DNA of 64,000 bases from Eledone cirrhosa (lineage: Eukaryota): positions 88,722,001 through 88,786,000 of the forward strand of contig OZ024745.1 in assembly GCA_964016885.1 (NCBI GenBank). Reading direction: 5' to 3'. The position numbers and the translations under genes were made by a program. Below the pieces are notes generated by a model, which was given only the letters and a program-made list of their open reading frames with translations, did not search any database and was not told the origin of the DNA. Shown here piece after piece: positions 12,932 to 25,139 of the stretch; the first letter of the stretch is position 1, and every line of letters begins with the position of its first letter.

Positions 12932-13404
12932 GAGGGAGAGAGGGAGAGACAGAATAGAAATGGCTGTGTAGTTGCTATTTAAGATAACTTAAAATGCAGT
13001 TGGAATACGAAGAAACCAATAACGGGGGAGGGGTTCCTCATCAGTTGTTTACTGAGGGTCTCGGATATTTCTACGCTTTAAAGTCAAGATATCTATCGCC
13101 CAGGGTGTTCAATCACTGGCTATGTTATTAGGAAAACGGAAGAAGGAGCAAAGGGGAAGAAAAGAGAAAACATTAACAAAACAGCGAAAAAAACAACAAA
13201 CCGAGCAATATGCGAGCAACTATAGGTAGGAAATCCAACACCACTCGATAAGAGAACTTAAGTTCAAGACTAAGTGGTCGAGAAGAAAGAGAGAGACACA
13301 CGTCCAATCGCCCCAGTTGTAAGTGAGAAGAGAACTGATATTTGTATGTAAAATGTAAACGGTATATGGAATGAATGTATTAGGTTGAAATAGTAGGAAG
13401 AGGG

Positions 13405-13440
13405 TCTTAAAGTTTCGGATGCTAGTTCTTCATCAGAAGA
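13405..13440 (-). ncRNA. Degenerate minimal HHR motif
   Basis: Minus strand TCTT-CTGATGA-AGAACTAGCATCC-GAAA-CTTT-AAGA. Stem I TCTT/AAGA is intact while stems II and III are damaged. Confidence 0.45.
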
Positions 13441-13799
13441 AAGAATGAAAAATAAGATAGATTGAAGAGACGGGCAGGTTGGAATTGGAAACAATGTATG
13501 TGAGTAAACAGGTGAAACTCCAGAGTAATAAGACTCATCATGTAGCTATAATAAAGAATATATATAAATATATCTATATTGAATGTGTACGTCCCACCGC
13601 AAATGGCCAAAATAATTGTAGTGTACCACTACAAATATTAGTTGAGAATATCGAATAATGTAACACTGGAGATGAAAAAGAATTAGACAGCGCGAAGTTA
13701 TATTTATGAGCAAAATATGAGATTTTCTTCCTAGTGGCTCACCCTGCTAGAAATAGTAGCCAAATATTAATAATTATTTCTACTTTTGGCACTAGGATA

Positions 13800-13908
13800 C
13801 AAAGCAAAGTTTACCTGGGTGGGATTTGAACTCAGAACGTAATGGGCCATAACTCTATGTTGTGAAGCATGGTGTCTGACGCTCTACCGTGTACTGCCAA
13901 TCCACCGG
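13800..13908 (-). mobile_element. tRNA-derived SINE head
   Basis: Reverse complement gives GGTGGATTGGCAGTAC..GGTAGAGCG (A box) and GAGTTCAAATCCCACC (B box). Confidence 0.8.
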
Positions 13909-15296
13909 CAAATATTAATAATATAACTCTACTATACAAAAAAGGAGCATACCAGATAAATAGTCTAAGGTACACAATGCCTAAACAAAATTGAGATGGT
14001 CATGGCTGGAATGCCTTTGAATATAGTTATACTCAATCAAGTCTGGCCATGGACTAAACAACCGTAGTGGCATATTTAACTCTTTAGCGTTTACATTACT
14101 CTATATATACCATTGCATTTTCATTGTAAAGGCTTTATCTCACATAATATCGAATCTATAAGATTTTGATGTTATTTATTTTTAGAATAATACCTTAACA
14201 TCAGTATGAGTGACTAGTTATGGCCGGTTTGAACAGAAAGAGGTGAGATAATTGAAGCCAGGTACAGCTGGTTTTAATATTAAAGTTAGATTAATTGAAA
14301 CACCAAGATTTAAGGATTTTTATTTTACATAGTAAGCGTCAGATAGTAGATTCAAACTTCCAACTCGTCGGATCAATAATTTGATTTGGTTAGCTACTAA
14401 CCTATGATGTCACACTAAAAGGTTGTCCTGAAGATATCAAAGACTCCAATCATTAGCTATTCTGAGGAGATGGGACAAAAAGTGTAGCATTTCCATAACC
14501 TTTTCAAGAACATCCCTTGTGTTAGATGGGAATAACTTGCAGTGGTTAAAGGTTAATTACAGTTTTATAAACTATAAATCACTCAAGATCTTTTGACATA
14601 GCAAAAGTCTTTAATGACACCTATCTCACTTACAAGCTAACGGACAGAGATCAAAATGCAATGTTTATATAATAATCCATTGATGTTGTGTGTAACAAGG
14701 TTTATGATATAAATATAACTCGATATTAGCTATCAAATGATAGCGTCATATAATTAATGATATCAGCTATTAAATCATAGCACCACATATTTAAATAATA
14801 TCAGTTATCACATGATAACACCTAATATTTAATGAGAGTGGGTTATTAAAATAACAGTGTCATTCATGTCCCATTAGAGTGACTTTAATAACGAGAAGAC
14901 ACGATACTTTCTAATTAATCTGCTGTAGAGTTCCGTTTTAAACTTAATACAGAATGACATTTTACTAAACAATCATTTTATAGGACATCGTTTATATATA
15001 AAAGTCAAATTCATATCTTCCAATTTAATGTCTTACATATCTAGCATCTTAAACTTCTAATACTGAAGACATGGACTTAAGGTAAGATGAGACTGATTAT
15101 TCTACTTGAAAGGAATATCCAACTAACCAGTGTTCTTCGCGGGGATCTTGTTTCTTGTGGGCCGAGTACCCTCTGACGATTTATAAGTTATATATAATTC
15201 ATACAATTTATGTAGGTCTTTATTCTTTTAATACCACCGGTTTTATTGCATTTTACTAATCGTGATGTAGAATGTTATTGTTGACATATGGGTAAA

Positions 15297-15640
15297 GGCG
15301 CATGGCTTAGTGGTTAGAGCATTTGGTTTGCAATTGAGGAGTTGTGAGTTCGATTCTCGGACCGGGTGACGCGTTTCGTCCTTGAGCAAGACACTTTATC
15401 TCACATTACTCCAATTTACTCAGCTGTAGAAATGAGTTGCAACGCCACTGGTGCCAAGCTGTATCGGCCATAGCCTTTCCCTTGGACATCAACGGTGGTG
15501 TGTAGAGGGGACGCTGGTATGCATGGGCGACTGCTGGTCTTCCACAAAACAAACCTTGCCCAGGCCTGTGCCTCGGAGGGACAGTTTGTAGGTACAAAAT
15601 CATGGTCATTTGAGACCGAGTGGGGCCAAAGAAGAAGAGG
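15297..15640 (+). mobile_element. tRNA-derived CORE-type SINE
   Basis: A box TGGCTTAGTGG and B box AGTTCGATTCT, then a CORE-like CCTTGAGCAAGACACTTTATCTC...CAGCTGTAGAAATGAG. Confidence 0.8.
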
Positions 15641-15898
15641 ATGATCATATAATATAGAAGAGGAGATGAGCTCTGCCAGGTTTTAAAAATACCATAGAAA
15701 TGCCGTCAATACGACGCACTTACGACTCACTCAGGAGTGAATCTATCATGTTTTATGCATACAGTATCACTAATTGAAATATAATCTTTCACAAACAACT
15801 TCTCACAGACCTCTGTATACTTTACCCACAGGTTTAATCTAAGCTGAGTTAATCGCCTTGCATACATACTAAAAACCAATGCGATGCTTTTATATACA

Positions 15899-16023
<125 letters not shown>

Positions 16024-16192
16024 GCATGCATACATGCATACATATATGCATACATATATGCATACATACATACATAGATACACACATACATACATATATA
16101 TTTACATACATGCATACATGTATACATACATGCATACATACATATATACATATATGCATGCAGCCATCCATAAACACACATATATATATGTA

Positions 16193-17212
16193 AAGGGAAA
16201 AAATTAAACGAAATTTCATTTCTCACTCTTAGTACGGCTGTTACTTAAATATAAGTATGTACACGTACATACTTATATGTATACAGACGTACAGTACATA
16301 CATGCACACATTTATATATGTACGTATGGATTCACCGAACATTTATTATAATGCTCGGTGTTTTTGTAAACAAACATCCCGTATTAAGCCGTAGTGTCTA
16401 GCAACCAGCGTTGCTCATTTGTTCAACCCTGACAAAGGAACGGTGTACTAGTTTCAAGCTTATTAGCTATCGTCAGCAACGTATACCTTCCTGCCAGATG
16501 ATTGAACGTATACGATGATTGAAGGTATACGTTGCTGACGATAGCTAATAAGCTTGAAACTAGTACAGCGTTCCTTTGTCAGGCTTGAACAAATGAGCAA
16601 CGATGATTGCTAGACACTGTACGGCTAATACGGGATGTTTGTTTACAAACACACCGAGCATTATAATAAATATTCGGTGAATCCATACGTACATATATAT
16701 GTGTTTGCATGTATGTATATATATATACATACTACTGTACGTCTGCATACATATATGTATGTATGTATACATACTTATATTTAAGTAACAGCCGTACTAA
16801 GAGTCAGAAATGAAATTTCGTTTAATTTTTTTCCGTTTATCGTTTTCAGTACCCCGGCCGATTAACTCACTCGATATGCAAATTAGGCTGCTCAGCCGTT
16901 AATATGCATAAGGAAAGTATATACTTTCAGACGTTCAATCACTTGGCAGGAATGTATACGTTGCTGACAATAGCTAATAAGCTTAAAACTAGTACAGCGT
17001 TCCTTTGTCAGGGTTGAACAAATGAGCAACGATGGTTGCTAGACACTACGGCTTAATTCGGGATGTTTGTTTACAAACACACCGAGAATTATAATAAATG
17101 TTCGGTGAATCCATACGTACATATATATATGTGTGTCTGTATGTATATATATATATACATACTACTGTACGTCTGTATACATATATGTATGTACGTATAC
17201 ATACGTATACGT
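16193..17212. mobile_element. Second locus of the ~440-bp HHR repeat family (inverted arm plus tandem)
   Basis: 16193-16510 is inverted relative to 16520-17212. HHR cores lie on the - strand (~16441-16480) and on the + strand at 16535 and 16964 (the last is mutated). Confidence 0.85.
16530..16570 (+). ncRNA. Minimal type I hammerhead ribozyme
   Basis: CGTTG-CTGACGA-TAGCT-AATA-AGCTT-GAAA-CTAG-TA-CAGCG. Confidence 0.85.
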
Positions 17213-17219
17213 TATGTCA

Positions 17220-17822
17220 GGTCACCAGTTGGTGCTACTGGTAACATGTATCCCAGTACAACCTGTCTCATGGTCGGGTCGTTGGCGACTAAACTGGCAA
17301 CCCCACCAAGGTTTCTTGGTGAGGAGGGTGACTTTGGACATCCTGCAGGACTAAAAACAAAACCTGTCAAAGGGAAATGTAGCTCTTAAGAGTCAATGGC
17401 CATCCAAAATCACCGGGAGAGATGTCCCCTTAGCCTTTGTCAAGGCAGAATGCTAGGAGAACGAAAACTTTGATATAACACCTGCAACCCTGATGGTATC
17501 CAATGATGTTGACTTGTTCTTCTTTTTGGTAAATATCATCTTGGTTAAGAGAGTGGGACTGGCTTTGTGCAGTGCCTTTGCTCACTATAAAAGCTTCACG
17601 GCACAGGCATTGCTTTGTATCTGGAGATCTCTCTGCACTTGTCGTCACATGGTACCATGGGCCCATCACTATGTGTCAATAATTGTCACAAGTGTTGTGT
17701 TTGTACCAGAGTTTTCAAGTCGCTGGCTGGACTAAAAAGTCACACTCGTTCAGCGCTTCGGTAGGGGTTCTCCTACATGGATATAAAGTAGTGGCCGTAC
17801 TCGAAAACGAATTGGCAGCCAC
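17220..17822 (+). mobile_element. Probable RTE-derived non-autonomous element (5'UTR-like sequence)
   Basis: Contains TTAGCCTTTGTCAAGGCAGAATGCTAGGAGAACGAAAACT, which resembles RTE 5'UTR motifs as I recall them. It is followed by (CATA)n. Confidence 0.45.
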
Positions 17823-17903
17823 CATGTACGTATACATACTTATATATATATACATACAAACACACACGGACACATACATACACATACATATAAACACACA
17901 TGC

Positions 17904-17948
<45 letters not shown>

Positions 17949-18023
17949 CAGACATACATATATGCATACATACACACATACATGCATACATACAAAGGTA
18001 CATACATACATACATACACACAC

Positions 18024-18054
<31 letters not shown>

Positions 18055-18068
18055 CATACATACATACA

Positions 18069-18099
<31 letters not shown>

Positions 18100-19429
18100 G
18101 AAAGAAACGATTATCAGCTATTAAATGATTTGAACACAACTTTGATAACTGTCTAATTTATTTATTTTCCTGCTCTGTAAAACAACTGATGTTCTTACAT
18201 TGAGCTATTTATCTTACTGGTAATAAGGTAGTAGGAAATTACTGACCTGTCTTGTTTATAGTTGTTTATAGTAAATACATAACTATAAATAGTATTATTA
18301 TTATATACATACATGTATGCACACTTATGTTCCATAATAATTAAAAGTTTCTTTGAAACAACATAAGATCATGTCGCTTGTATTGCTGCAGTTTAGGCCA
18401 CAGCTAGTGTTTACGTGCTCTAGCTTTGTCAATGTATATATAAATCTCATGCATGACTGTTTTTAAGTAAGTTAGATCAATACAATCATTTATCATCTTT
18501 TGTAGTATCTCTGTCGTTATAAACATTGAATGTAACTGAAGGATATAAAGTAATTCATTCTGTTGTTTTCATTTGACACAGGAGGAACCCGGGATTGAAA
18601 ATATAATCATATTTTTGTTATTTTCTTATTAAATTAATTGTTCTTTAACAATAAATTAGTAAAATCTTAATTACCAGTCTTAAAAATGTGACAAATTGAA
18701 CAAATTGTTTAACTTTCCCTCATCAGATGTATCGACTAAACATCGATTAAGCATGTAGATGTATATATTTGTTACCAGGGCAAGAATTCTGTTTAACACT
18801 ATCTCAAATATACAGTATTTTAACTGCCCATGTATCCAGTGGCAAGGTGTAAGTTTCTTGGTAATTAATATCACTATAGTTTGACGACAAGTGGGCAACA
18901 CGACAACAGAGTAATAATCAACGAAGCGATAGCACATCTAGGTGACAACGAGGTAATTGTCAGGACAACTGGATAGCAACATAACTAGGAGAGAAAGAGA
19001 TTTAGCTGTCAGGATAATATGACAAGTAATCTCAGCAATATTTTTCACTATCTCAGTAACATTGCTAGTTGTATGGTCCTCTATCGATATGGAAACTCAT
19101 GGGAGATATTGCAATGTTTTTATATTAGAAAATTCCGTTGCTACTGATTTGCGAAACCACTACAGGTCTTTTGAATACCTGCTATATCATCACTGAGTTA
19201 TAATGCACCATATCGATATATTTTCATTATGGAATACCTTCGCTTTCCCTATATTTTCGGTTGTTCAGTTGGTTCCTTCGTCTGTATTTACAGTTGGGGC
19301 GTTAGAGTCTTAAAACTAACCTATGCTTGGAGAAAATGCCATACAAGTTGCTGATGGGATGCATTATTTCAATTAGATCCCTCACTAATAGGTAAAGACA
19401 GAAAACTGGCACATTTGTGTATATTATTT

Positions 19430-19675
19430 TGGCAGTATCGGTAGACGGTCGGACGCCATGCTTTCCAGCATAGTTACGTCCCTTTACGATCTGAGTTCAA
19501 ATCCCGCCGAGGTTGACTTTGCCTTTCATCCTTACGGGGTCGATAAAATAAAGTACCAGTAATGCACTGGCCTTGTGCCTAAAGTAGAAACAATTATATT
19601 ATTTAAGACATGCTTTCCAGCATAGTTACGTCCCTTTCCAGCATAGTTACGTGCCTAAAGTAGAAACAATTATTG
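19430..19675 (+). mobile_element. tRNA-derived Nin/Deu-domain SINE with locally duplicated pieces
   Basis: TGGCAGTATCGGTAGA..., GAGTTCAAATCCCGCC, GCCTTTCATCCTTACGGGGTCGATAAAATAAAGTACCAG and tail GAAACAATTAT. 19607-19675 re-uses internal pieces. Confidence 0.85.
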
Positions 19676-19832
19676 TTCTTAAAGTACGATAGTACCCGAC
19701 AAGGAAACTAAATATCTGGGACACATGTTATACAGTAATGTCTAATTATTTTTTTTTTAAACATTATGAAATATAATTATGAATGTTTATTTATATATTT
19801 ATAGAAATAAACCTTCTAATACAAGAAAGTAA

Positions 19833-20092
19833 GGGTCGAAAGAATACGATCGCGAATACCAGCGGCCAAAATGGGGTTCCTCTGAGGGATCTTTGGAGTA
19901 ACGTTACTCGATAGAGTGCGTAGCTCGGAGATCGGAGTGTCATTCCAGGTACAGTATTTGGGGACTCTGCCACCTCTACGACCCTCTCAGGAAGAAGAAG
20001 AAGAAGAAGAAGAAGAAGAAGAAGAAGAAGAAGAAGAAGAAGAAGAAGAAGAAGAAGAAGAAGAAGAAGAAGAAGAAGAAGAAGAAGAAGAA
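19833..20092 (+). pseudogene. RTE-clade LINE 3' fragment with (GAA)n tail
   Basis: Translates RSRIPAAKMGFL*GIFGVTLLDRVRSSEI, an RTE-type post-RT motif. It is followed by (GAA)n at 19991-20092. Confidence 0.75.
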
Positions 20093-21049
20093 CCTTGTTA
20101 TACAGGGAAATTGACAACTATTAACTCTGTGCTCATTAATATTTGGGGGCAGATAGATTATACACATCCCACAGTTTTTAGATATATTTGATCAGTCTTT
20201 GAATAACTGACATCGCCAAAATACCTTCCATGTACCTTTACGTTTTGCTAGTCTTCTTGCACATGTTCTGGTTCATGTTTTGATGGACAGTGTTAACGGG
20301 GATTATAGCAGACTTAGTTTTATTCTTTTTAAATCAGAATAAAAGCATCGTAAATCTCGTCTTTTAAAGTTGCTAGACGAGTCATCGACTGCAGTGCAAC
20401 GTTTACTTTCGTCTATCAATCCTTTTCAAACAGTTTCTACATCTCAATTGTTTACCATGGTCTATATGCTTGATTTATGTGATGTGCGGTGTGCCCACGT
20501 ATATATGTTTCAAGATAATCTGCAAAGTACTGAAGTCACATGATTCCACCTTACTTTCGTTATCCAGGAGATAAAACATTTTGAAACTTTCATAATACTA
20601 AAGTTAAAAGAAAAGGCAGTTCTGTGAAGATCAGCAAACAGTTCTTTATTGCACTGTCTGTTCTTTTTAAAAGATTGGATCCGATATCAAATCTCTTAAA
20701 TTTTCCAGTATAATGACAATCCAAAATGGAAAAGGTATATGTATGTTGGAAGGAATGGAAAACATATTTTGTAAAGAATTTATAGCGGATAATTTGGAAT
20801 CCATCATAACTGATAATTGTCATGTTCTATGTTTGGAATTTTCAATTATCTTGCAATTTAATGAAGCATTTGTAAAAGGCGAAACTAACTATCTTTTAAT
20901 TTTTTTTTTTTACACAAGGATAAATGCATGAAGAAAACACCTACCGCTTTTCTGTGTATTCTGCAAAGTTGGTAAACTACTTAAAGAATAAACATGACAT
21001 ATATCTGAGAAACAAATGTCCTAGACATTATTATCAGTAGCAAAGAAAA

Positions 21050-21243
21050 GGCGGTGGATTGGCAGTATCGGTAGAGGGTCGGACGCCATGCTTTGAAGCA
21101 TATAGTTACCTCCCTGTATGATCTGAGTTCAAATCCCGCCGAGGTTAACTTTGCCTTTCATCCTTCCGGGGGATCGTAAAATAAAGTACCATTAATGCAC
21201 TGTGTAATTGCTGGCCTTGTGCCAAAAGTAGAAACAATTATTA
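21050..21243 (+). mobile_element. tRNA-derived Nin/Deu-domain SINE
   Basis: Same A/B boxes, GCCTTTCATCC domain and GAAACAATTATT tail as 19430. Confidence 0.85.
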
Positions 21244-22114
21244 TCAGTAGCAAATATAAAGAAGAAATAATTCTTTGGGACTCATCCTTCATGCCATTGC
21301 CCTGTACAAGAACGCATAGTCTTGATTCTGTACACTTTTAAGATGAAACTACCTCTAAATCTGCGGTGCTCCGATGGTTACTTTGTCGGGTTGGGAGCTA
21401 CTTTTAGAAAAAATAGGCGTTCGTATAAGGCAGATACTGTGGCGTCAGATACACCCATAGGTTCCTCACAGATAAATGTTGCCGGGTGTTTCACCGGATG
21501 TTCCACTGAATATGCCACATAGTTACGCTTCACGATTATTTCAACATTTAATATTGTACGTCATATTATATCTTGTGTGTTCGTAGTTCATTTTCTATAG
21601 GCATTGCTCTACCATTACATATTTATATTTCTAAAAATGTTATTCCTCCTTCCTATATGTTTTATGTACATAAATCATTTGTTAACACGTCTATCGTGGA
21701 TTTTATGTGTGGTTATGAATTCTGACTTGACTCGACGTTAAAAGAATATTTATTTGCTTATAAAAGAAAGCAATAAATGTTGACATATCAGCCTTTCCAA
21801 CAATTTCTAGTTATTAAATTTTACTGTCAATATTTGTCAACTTTTAATTTCAAATGTTCTTCAATTTTCTATTCAATATGCAATAATGTTTATATTAGAT
21901 TAATTTAGTACTTTTATTTCACAAGTAGATATATAATTCATACAGATTGATTCAACTCTTTCGCATTATGTTATCTGTTGAAGAATCACATCTAGTTATA
22001 CTCTCGCTAAGTCATTGTCACCCGGCTGTATGTTGCCAAGTTACCCCCTGAGCGATTTTTTCTTATAAATTTAATAAAATGTGATACCCAGATTTATGAA
22101 ATAATAGTTTCTTA

Positions 22115-22532
22115 TATAGGCACAAGTCCAGCAATTTGTGAGGAGGGGAAAATCGATTAAATCGGCCCCAGTGGGTGACTGGAACTTTATTTTTCCGACC
22201 CCGTAAGGATGAAAGGCAAAGTTAACCTCGGCGGGATTTGAACACAGATCATAAAGAGCCGTAGAGCATAACGCATTGCGTCCGACCCTCTACCTATACT
22301 GCCAATCCACCACCCTAGATTTATGAAATAGTGCTGAATGTTCTTTTTTCTTCACGATAACAACCATTTATATTATTGAACTATTCTGAGTTCAAATCCC
22401 GCCAAGGTTAACTTTGCCTCTCATCCTTAATGGGTCGATAGAATAAAGTACCAGTAACGCACTGGGGTCGATATAATAGATTTTCCCCTCCCCAGAAATT
22501 GGTGGCCTTGTGCCTAAATCACAAACCATTAT
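22115..22532. mobile_element. Two divergent SINE copies (- at 22115-22315, + at 22385-22532)
   Basis: Both carry the B box and Nin/Deu-like domain, in opposite orientations. Confidence 0.8.
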
Positions 22533-22979
22533 TAGGGATAAACAACTTTATAATGTAAGAATAAATGCGGTTATAGAAAAATAAAAATGAAATGCACCGT
22601 TTGCAAGGCGAAAACTGGAGATGCCGCCAAAAAAACATCAAATATTATGAATATTCTCAATATTTTTGGGGGTAAAACGGGAAAGACATGTTTTGAAACA
22701 TTCCAATAATAAGGAAATCAATTGTTAGATCCTCTACTCTGAAGGTTTTATCAATGATCTCACACAAGCTTTGTTTCCTTTTATTTTAGAGTTGTTGTCT
22801 AGGTCATCATGACATTTTAATTCCGTGAAAGGGGTCGGAAAATATTTGAGAGGAGGGTTAACATTTTATGTTTGGCGCGGTAAGGTGTATTATTAAAATG
22901 AAACTGATTATTCAAGGTTAATTTATCTTTAACATTATATTTATGGATTTCTTTGTAAACGTGTAACGCAGAAGAATGT

Positions 22980-23067
<88 letters not shown>

Positions 23068-23626
23068 TGAGAGAAGGAGACAATTATTAGGAAAAAAAAA
23101 AAATTTTCTCGGTTAGAAAATGATTAAAACGAAATGTTTTACTTTGTGTGAAGTGTTAAGGTATAAGTTGATTTATTTATTAATTAACAAGGGCATTTAT
23201 TTATCTATTTATATATTTAATAATTGTCTATTACCGGTTTCAGCATTGTTATGCATTATAAAATGATAGTGAAATGTATTAGTGTGGTGTCACACATGTT
23301 AAACAGAAGGTGCAGAAAGAATAATGATATTTACAAACAAGATTTATGAAGTGAAAAGCAAAAAGAAAAAGGAAAAAAAAAAACGTGCATAATGTAGAGC
23401 ATAAAAAGTCCATGTGGAAGAAAAAATAATGTTTTTTACAGGCATAGTTATTGAAGTTAAGCAGATCAAAATGTGTTAATATTACAAGAGTGCTTAGTTG
23501 AACCATGGTTCCGTGTTGGAGGCAAATGTTGGACTGAGGTTTGATATGATTTCCCTTTTTAGAGACTTAATATGCAGGGGGAAGCAATTCTTCCTGTATG
23601 ATATTTAATTTATTTAAGAAAAAGGA

Positions 23627-24217
23627 TTAGGTAGGGTGTGAGGGAGGTAACTCTTGTAAATGTTTTATTGTTTGTTGCAGTTTTAGATTGGTCCGATTTT
23701 TAGAGGTATTAAGTATAGGTTGGAATTTGTTAATGAAATATGTTTCCTTATTGGTATGTTGGATGAAAGTAGCGTTGTGTATGAATTTGTAAATGGGGAA
23801 AATTTTAAAGTTTGGGTGTTGGTTGTGAGCACAATTGGCGATATGTTCACTAAATGCAATCTTTCTGTATTTCTGTATTTTAATTTGTGATTTATGGCCG
23901 GTCATACGTTGACGGAGGCTCTTTTTTGTCTGTCCTATGTAGTGCTCTTGACAACCTGAGCAGGTCAAAACATAGATTAGGTTTTCAGATGTACATGTAA
24001 AGTTGTGTTTAACTGTGAAAAGCTGTCCTTGTTTAAAATGGAATGTTGAACCTTCTATTAGATTTATGCATGTGGCACAGTTGGGCCTTCCGCATTTTGT
24101 TACTGTAGGGTTCATTGTGAGGGTTTGTTGGATTTGGGCTTGTGTGAGGATGTTTTTTATGGATTTAGATTGTCTTTTGCTCTTTATGATGTTGTGTGTT
24201 TGGAGGATTTTGTTCAT
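23627..24217 (-). pseudogene. PLE GIY-YIG endonuclease with Cys-rich linker
   Basis: KCGRPNCATC...FTCTSENLIYVLTCSGCQEHYIGQT...LRQRMTGH...KETYFINKFQPILN. Confidence 0.92.
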
Positions 24218-24728
24218 TCTTGGGTCTCTTTTTAGTAAAGGAATGTTCTGGAGGATGGTGTCGAATGCCTCATTGTTGAGGGGGTTGTGTGTGGAGATGT
24301 ATGATAGAGTTTTTTGTTGCGGTTCATTCCTGGGTTTGGGGTGTCTGAGTTCCTGGATGTGTAGTTTTAGGGCACGTTGGAATCCATTGGTGATTAGAGA
24401 TGGTGGGTAGTTTCTGCTGATAAGTGTGTTTTTTAATTCTTCTAGTCGTGTGTAGCATGTGTATTTATCTGAAACTATTGTGCAGATCCTTCTGGGTAGG
24501 TTATAAAGAATTGCAATTTTGGTGTGACTAGGGTGGCACGAGTTGAATGGAAGGCATTGTTTGGAGTCTGTAGGTTTGTAGTATATGTCTGTTTCTATTT
24601 TGTTGCTTGTTTTCTAGTTGAGGATGTCGTGGAAAGGGAGTTGTTCATGGCTGTAATCCATAGTGAATTGTAAGTTTGTGTTGAGTCCATTCAGAAGGGT
24701 TTTAAACTCAAACAGTCTATCTATACTT

Positions 24729-25139
24729 TCATGCCAGAGGATGAAGCAGTCGTCCAGATATCTCTTCCAGTTCTTTTCTGTGTTGGTAGAAGTGGTTGCC
24801 GTATTTGTCTAGAACTTTGCGGTAGAGATTGGTTTCAAAATATCCCATGACAAGTTTGGCGTATGAGGGGCCCACTTTCGTGCCCATGGCAGTCCCAGAT
24901 TTCTGTCTGTAGTATTTGGCATTGAATTCGAAGAAATTGTTTTCCAAGATGAATTTGAGTCCCTCCAACACAACTTCTTTAGGGATGCGCTGTGGGAGTT
25001 CACTATAGAAATTTTCCATCCAGAATTGTATTGCCTCTATACCTAGGTTGTGTGGGATATTGGAATATAAATTGATGACATCAAAGGTTACTAGTAGGGT
25101 ATGTTCATTATTGAGTGTTGTTGGGAGGTGGTTGATCAT
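24729..25139 (-). pseudogene. PLE reverse transcriptase fragment
   Basis: LVTFDVINLYSNIPH...ILENNFFEFN..YYRQKSGTAMGT. Confidence 0.93.

Noticed and set aside
13020-13050. CTGATGA on the minus strand followed by a stem (similar case at ~18720)
   Set aside because: There is no correctly placed GAAA, stem III or stem I.
15297-15368. Possible tRNA gene
   Set aside because: The acceptor stem is poor and the sequence continues into a CORE-like SINE body, so it is a SINE head.
20520-21530. Possible host exons in non-repetitive sequence
   Set aside because: Only short ORFs with no recognisable motif; this cannot be supported without RNA-seq or a homology search.
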